From: Eledone cirrhosa
Taxonomy: Eukaryota
Length of the DNA: 64,000 nt
Direction: 5' to 3'
Assembly (NCBI GenBank): GCA_964016885.1
Contig: OZ024748.1
Location: 44,888,001-44,952,000 of the forward strand
Position numbers and translations under genes: made by a program. Under the pieces are notes generated by a model. That model made no database searches and was not told the origin of the DNA. It saw only the letters and a list, made by a program, of their open reading frames with translations. Positions 56,401-64,000 of the stretch are shown in pieces. The number at the start of each line of letters is the position of its first letter. Positions within the stretch are counted from its first letter, which is position 1.

Positions 56401-59400
56401 GAGACAGTACAGTGGAGTATATTATACTGTGGTACCTACTTACAGTTTAGTGGACTGTGGAGTGTAGGACATGGAGATAGTACAGTGGACTATATTATAC
56501 TGTGGGACCTACTTACAGTCTAGTTAACTGTGGAGTGTCTAAGACATGGAGATAGTACAGTGAACTATATTATACTGTGGTACCTACTTACAGTCTAGTG
56601 GACTGTGGAGTGTGTAGGGCATGGAGAGAGTACAGTGGACTATATTATACTGTGGTACCTACTTACAGTCTAGTGGACTGTGGAGTGTGTAGGACATGGA
56701 GTCAGTACAGTGGACTATATTATACTGTGGTACCTACTTACAGTCTAGTGGACTGTGGAGTGTTTAGGACATGGAGACAGTACAGTGGACTATATTAAAC
56801 TGTGGTACCTACTTACAGTTTAGTGGACTGTGGCGTGTCTAGGACATGGAGACACTACAGTGGACTATATTATACTGTGGTACCTACTTACAATCTAGTG
56901 GACTGTGGAGTGTGTAGGACATGGAGACAGTACAGTGGACTATATTATACTGTGGTACCTACTTACAGTCTAGTGGACTGTGGAGTGTGTAGGACATGGA
57001 GACAGTACAGTGGACTATATTATACTGTGGTACCTACTTACAGTCTAGTAGACTGTGGAGTGTGTAGGACATGGAGACAGTACAGTGGACTATATTATAC
57101 TGTGGTACCTACTTACAGTCTAGTGGACTGTGGAGTGTGTAGGACATGGAGAGAGTACAGTGGACTATATTATACTGTGGTACCTACTTACAGTCTAGTG
57201 GACTGTGGAGTGTGTAGGACATGGAGATTGTACAGTGAACTATATTATACTGTGGTACCTACTTACAGTCTAGTGGACTGTGGAGTGAGTAGGACATGGA
57301 GACAGTACAGTGGACTATATTATATTGTGGTACCTACTTACAGTCTAGTGGACTGTGGAGTGTGTAGGACATGGAGACAGTACGGTGGACTACATTATAC
57401 TGTGGTACCTACTTACAGTCTAGTGGACTGTGGAGAGTGTAGGACATGGAGACAGTACAGTGGACTATATTATACTGTTGTAGCTACTTACAGTCTAGTA
57501 GACTGTGGAGTGTGTTGGACATGGAGACAGTACAGTGGACTATATTATACTGTGGTACCTACTTACAGTCTTCTGGACTGTGGAGTGTGTAGGACATGGA
57601 GACAGTACAGTGGACTATATTATACTGTGGTACCTACTTACAGTCTAGAGGACTGTGGAGAGTGTAGGACATGGAGACGGTACAGTGGACTATATTATAC
57701 TGTGGTACCTACTTACAGTCTAGTGGACTGTGGAGAGTGTAGGACACGGAGACAGTACAGTGGACTATATTATACTGTGGTACCTACTTACAGTTTAGTG
57801 GAGTGTGGAGTGTGTAGGTCATGGAGACAGTACAGTGAACTATATTACACTGTGGTACCTACTTACAGTCTAGTGGACTGTGGAGTGTGTAGGACATGGA
57901 GACAGTACAGTGGACTATATTATACTGTGGTACCTACTTACATTCTAGTGGACTGTGGAGTATAGGACATGGAGACAGTACAGTGGACTATATTATACTG
58001 TGGTACCTACTTACAGTCTAGTGGACTGTGGAGTGTAGGACATGGAGGCAGTACAGTGGACTATATTATATTGTGGTACCTACTTACAGTCTAGTGGACT
58101 GTGGAGAGTGTAGGACATGGAGACAGTACAGTGGACTATATTATACTGTGGTACCTACTTACAGTCTAGTGGACTGTGGAGAGTGTAGGACATGGAGACA
58201 GTACAGTGGACTATATTATACTGTGGTACCTACTTGCAGTTTAGTGGACTGTGGAGTGTGTAGGACATGGAGACAGTACAGTGGACTATATTAAACCGTG
58301 GTACCTACTTACAGTTTAGTGGATTGTGGCGTGTCTAGGACATGGAGACAGTACAGTGGACTATATTATACTGTGGTACCTACTTACACTCTAGTGGACT
58401 GTGGAGTGTGTAGGACATGGAGACAGTACAGTGAACTATATTATACTGTGGTACCTACTTACAGTTTAGTGGACTGTGGAGTGTGTAGGGCATGGAAACA
58501 GTACAGTGGACTATATTATACTGTTGTACCTACTTACAGTCTAGTGGACTGTGGAGTGTGTAGGACATGGAGATAGTACTGTGGACTATATTATACTTTG
58601 GTACCTACTTACAGTCTAGAGGACTGTGGAGTGTGTAGGACATGGAGATAGTACAGTGAACTATATTATACAGTGGTACCTACTTACAGTCTAGTGGACT
58701 GTGGAGTGTGTAGGACATGGAAACAGTACAGTGAACTATATTATACTGTGGTACCTACTTACAGTCTAGTGGAATGTGGAGTGTATAGGACATGGAGACA
58801 GTACAGTGGACTATATTATACTGTGGTACCTATTTACAGTCTAGTGGACTGTGGAGTGTGTAGGTCATGGAGACAGTACAGTGGACTATATTATACTGTG
58901 GCACCTACTTACAGTCTAGTGGACTGTGGAGTGTGTAGGACATGGAGACAGTACAGTGGACTATATTATACTGTGGTACCTACTTACAGTTTAGTGGACT
59001 GTGGAGAGTGTAGGACATGGAGACAGTACAGTGGACTATATTATACTGTGGTACCTACTTACACTCTAGTTGACTGTCGAGTGTGTAGGACATGGAGACA
59101 GTACAGTGAACTATATTATACTGTGGTACCTACTTACAGTCTAGTGGACTGTGGTGTGTTTAGGACATGGAGAGAGTACAGTGGACTATATTATACTGTG
59201 GTACCTACTTACAGTCTAGTGGACTGTGGAGTGTAGGACATGGAGACAGTACAGTGGACTATATTATATTGTGGTACCTACTTACCGTCTAGTGGACTGT
59301 GGAGTGTAGGACATGGAGATAGTACAGTGGACTATATTATACTGTGGGACCTACTTACAGTCTAGTGGACTGTGGAGTGTAGGACATGGAGATAGTACAG

Positions 59401-62400
59401 TGGACTATATTATATTGTGCTACCTACTTACCGTCTAGTGGACTGTGGAGTGTAGGACATGGAGATAGTACAGTGGACTATATTATACTGTGGGACCTAC
59501 TTACCGTCTAGTGGACTGTGGAGTGTAGGACATGGAGATAGTACAGTGGACTATATTATACTGTGGTACCTACTTACAGTCTAGTGGACTGTGGAGTGTG
59601 TAGGACTGGGAGACAGTACAGTGGACTATATTATACTGTGGTACCTACTTACAGTCTAGTGGACTGTGGCGTGTGTAGGACATGGAGACAGTACAGTGGA
59701 CTATATTATATTGTGGTACCTACTTACAGTCTAGTGGACTGTGGAGTGTAGGACATGGAGATAGTACAGTGGACTATATTATACTGTGGGACCTACTTAC
59801 AGTCTAGTGGACTGTGGAGTGTCTAAGACATGGAGATAGTACAGTGAACTATATTATACTGTGGTACCTACTTACAGTCTAGTGGACTGTGGAGTGTGTA
59901 GGGAATGGAGAGAGTACAGTGGACTATATTATACTGTGGTACCTACTTACAGTCTAGTGGACTGTGGAGTGTGTAGGACATGGAGTCAGTACAGTGGACT
60001 ATATTATACTGTGGTACCTACTTACAGTCTAGTGGACTGTGGAGTGTTTAGGACATGGAGACAGTACAGTGGACTATATTAAACTGTGGTACCTACTTAC
60101 AGTTTAGTGGACTGTGGCGTGTCTAGGACATGGAGACACTACAGTGGACTATATTATACTGTGGTACCTACTTACAATCTAGTGGACTGTGGAGTGTGTA
60201 GGACATGGAGACAGTACAGTGGACTATATTATACTGTGGTACCTACTTACAGTCTAGTGGACTGTGGAGTGTGTAGGGCATGGAGACAGTAGAGTGGACT
60301 ATATTATACTGTTGTACCTACTTACAGTCTAGTGGACTGTGGAGTGTGTAGGACATGGAGAGAGTACAGTGAACTATATTATACTGTGGTACCTACTTAC
60401 AGTCTAGTGGACTGTGGAGTGTGTAGGACATGGAAACAGTACAGTGGACTATATTATACTGTGGTACCTACTTACAGTCTAGTGGACTGTGGAGTGTGTA
60501 GGACATGGAGACAGTACAGTGGACTATATTATACTGTGGTACCTACTTACACTCTAGTTGACTGTGGAGTGTGTAGGACATGGAGAGAGTACAGTGAACT
60601 ATATTATACTGTGGTACCTACTTACAGTCTAGTGGACTGTGGAGTGTGTAGGACATGGAAACAGTACAGTGGACTATATTATACTGTGGTACCTACTTAT
60701 AGTCTAGTGGACTGTGGAGTGTGTAGGACATGGAGAGAGTACAGTGGACTATATTATACTGTGGTACCTACTTACAGTCTAGTGGACTGTGGAGTGTATA
60801 GGACATGGAGACAGTACAGTGGACTATATTATTCTGTGGTACCTATTTACAGTCTAGTGGACTGTGGAGTGTGTAGGACATGGAGATTGTACAGTGAACT
60901 ATATTATACTGTGGTACCTACTTACAGTCTAGTGGACTGTGGAGTGTGTAGGACATGGAGACAGTACAGTGGACTATATTATACTGTGGTACCTACTTAC
61001 AGTTTAGTGGACTGTGGAGAGTGTAGGACATGGAGACAGTACAGTGGACTATATTATACTGTGGTACCTACTTACACTCTAGTTGACTGTGGAGTGTGTA
61101 GGACATGGAGACAGTACAGTGAACTATATTATACTGTGGTACCTACTTACAGTCTAGTGGACTGTGGTGTGTGTAGGACATGGAGACAGTACAGTGGACT
61201 ATATTATACTGTGGTACCTACTTCCAGTCTAGTGGACTGTGGTGTGTGTAGGACATGGACACAGTACAGTGGACTATATTATACTGTGGTACCTACTTAC
61301 AGTCTAGTGGACTGTGGTGTGTGTAGGACATGGAGGCAGTACAGTGGACTATATTATATTGTGGTACCTACTTACAGTCTAGTGGACTGTGGAGTGTAGG
61401 ACATGGAGACAGTACAGTGGACTATATTATACTGTGGTACCTACTTACAGTCTAGTGGACTGTGGAGTGTGTAGGACATGGAGATAGTACAGTGGACTAT
61501 ATTATACTGTGGTACCTACTTACAGTCTAGTGGAATGTGGAGTGTAGGACATGGAGACAGTACAGTGGACTATATTATACTGTGGTACCTACTTACAGTC
61601 TAGTAGACTGTGGAGAGTGTAGGACATGGAGACAGTACAGTGGACTATATTATACTGTGGTACCTACTTACAGTCTAGTGGACTGTGGAGTGTAGGACAT
61701 GGAGGCAGTACAGTGGACTATATTATATTGTGGTACCTACTTACAGTCTAGTGGACTGTGGAGTGTGTAGGACATGGAGACAGTACAGTGGACTATATTA
61801 TACTGTGGTACCTACTTACAGTCTAGTGGACTGTGGAGTGTGTAGGACATGGAGACAGTACAGTGGACTATATTATACTGTGGTACCTACTTACAGTCTA
61901 GTGGACTGTGGAGTGTGTAGGACATGGAGACAGTACAGTGGACTATATTAAACTGTGGTACCTACTTACAGCTTAGTGGACTGTGGCGTGTGTAGGACAT
62001 GGAGACTGTACAGTGGACTATATTATACTGTGGTACCTACTTACAGTCTAGTGGACTGTGGAGAGTGTAGGACATGGAGATAGTACAGTGGACTATATTA
62101 TACTGTGGTACCTACTTACAGTCTAGTGGACTGTGGAGAGTGTAGGACATGGAGACAGTACAGTGGACTATATTATACTGTTGTACCTACTTACAGTCTA
62201 GTGGACTGTGGAGTGTGTAGGACTTGGAGACAGTACAGTGGACTATATTATACTGTTGTACCTACTTACAGTCTAGTGGACTGTGGAGTGTGTAGGACTT
62301 GGAGACAGTACAGTGGACTATATTATACTGTGGTACCTACTTACAGTCTAGTGGACTGTGGAGTGTGTAGGACTTGGAGACAGTACAGTGGACTATATTA

Positions 62401-64000
62401 TACTGTTGTACCTACTTACAGTCTAGTGGACTGTGGAGTGTAGGACATGGAGATAGTACAGTGAACTATATTAAACTGTGGTACCTACTTACAGTTTAGT
62501 GGACTGTGGCGTGTGTAGGACATGGAGACAGTACAGTGGACTCTATTATACTGTGGTACCTACTTACAGTCTAGTGGACTGTGGAGTGTGTTGGACATGG
62601 AGACAGTACAGTGGACTATATTATACTGTGGTACCTACTTACAGTCTAGTGGACTGTGGAGTGTGTAGGACATGGAGACAGTACAGTGGACTATATTATA
62701 CTGTGGTACCTACTTACAGTCTAGTGGACTGTGGAGTGTTTAGGACATGGAGTCAGTACAGTGGACTATATTATACTGTGGTACCTACTTACAGTCTAGT
62801 GGACTGTGGAGTGTGTAGGACATGGAGTCAGTACAGTGGACTATATTATACTGTGGTACCTACTTACAGTCTAGTAGACTGTGGAGTGTGTAGGACATGG
62901 AGACAGTACAGTGGACTATATTATACTGTGGTATCTACTTACAGTCTAGTGGACTGTGGAGTGTGTAGGACATGGAGACAGTACAGTGGACTATATTATA
63001 CTGTGGTACCTACTTACAGTCTAGTGGACTGTGGAGAGTGTAGGACATGGAGACAGTACAGTGGACTATATTATACTGTGGTACCTACTTACAGTCTAGT
63101 GGACTGTGGTGAGTGTAGGACATGGAGACAGTACAGTGGACTATATTATACTGTGGTACCTACTTACAGTCTAGTGGACTGTGGAGTGTGTAGGACATGG
63201 AGACAGTACAGTGGACTATATTATACTGTGGTACCTACTTACAGTTTAGTGGACTGTGGAGTGTGTAGGACATGGAGACAGTACAGTGGACTATATTATA
63301 CTGTGGTACCTACTTACAGTCTAGTGGACTGTGGAGTGTGTAAGACATGGAAATAGTACAGTGAACTATATTATATTGTGGTACCTACTTACAGTCTAGT
63401 GGACTGTGGAGTGTGTAGGACATGGAGACATTACAGTGGACTATATTAAACTGTGGTACCTACTTACAGTTTAGTGGACTGTGGCGTGTGTAGGACATGG
63501 AGACAGTACAGTGGACTATATTATACTGTGGTACCTACTTACAGTTTAGTGGACTATATTATACTGTGGTACCTACTTACAGTCTAGTGGACTGTGGAGA
63601 GTGTAGGACATGGAGACAGTACAGTGGACTATATTATACTGTGGTACCTACTTACACTCTAGTGGACTGTGGAGTGTGTAGGACATGGAGACAGTACAGT
63701 GAACTATATTATACTGTGGTACCTACTTACAGTTTAGTGGACTGTGGAGTGTGTATGGCATGGAGACAGTACAGTGGACTATATTATATTGTGGTAACTA
63801 CTTACAGTCTGGTGGACCGTGGAGTGTGTAGGACATGGAGACAGTACAGTGGACTATATTATACTGTGGTACCTACTTACAGTCTAGTGGACTGTGGAGT
63901 GTGTAGGACATGGAGACAGTACAGTGGACTATATTATACTGTGGTACCTACTTACACTCTAGTGGACTGTGGAGTGTGTAGGACATGGAGACAGTACAGT
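41443..64000. repeat. 75-bp satellite array (~300 monomers) with ~8-kb higher-order duplication
   Basis: Monomer GTACAGTGGACTATATTATACTGTGGTACCTACTTACAGTCTAGTGGACTGTGGAGTGTGTAGGACATGGAGACA; variant patterns recur at +7997 and +8446. Confidence 0.98.

Noticed and set aside
41438-63356. CxxC-containing 25-aa repeat ORFs
   Set aside because: Satellite translation, broken by many stops and 1-2-bp indels.
41443-64000. CRISPR-like array
   Set aside because: No unique spacers, no cas genes, eukaryotic context.

Overview
Repeat-rich, AT-rich animal genomic DNA, most likely a coleoid cephalopod (octopus); this is inferred from the SINE families and the (TA)n load, not from a database match. The only plausible host gene is a single-exon, prodomain-less caspase-family gene (104-823, minus). 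Its S1 pocket is altered, and a compact TATA/ETS/CRE/IRF-like promoter lies upstream. The rest comprises LINEs (a near-intact full-length RTE, RTE fragments, a CR1-like RT, a Tx1/L1-like tail), Penelope-like element (PLE) remnants with GIY-YIG domains, tRNA-derived SINEs, microsatellites, a 24-bp minisatellite (4.8 kb) and a 75-bp satellite (22.5 kb) with an ~8-kb higher-order repeat. The main hidden signal is RNA structure. About ten type I hammerhead ribozyme (HHR) motifs can be folded by eye, from intact to degenerate. Several sit in protein-free 450-660-nt partial-tandem units (retrozyme/pLTR-like). A multicopy ~190-bp foldback element appears to be the 3' half of a hammerhead mirrored at loop II. 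All folds were read by eye and need computational and biochemical confirmation.
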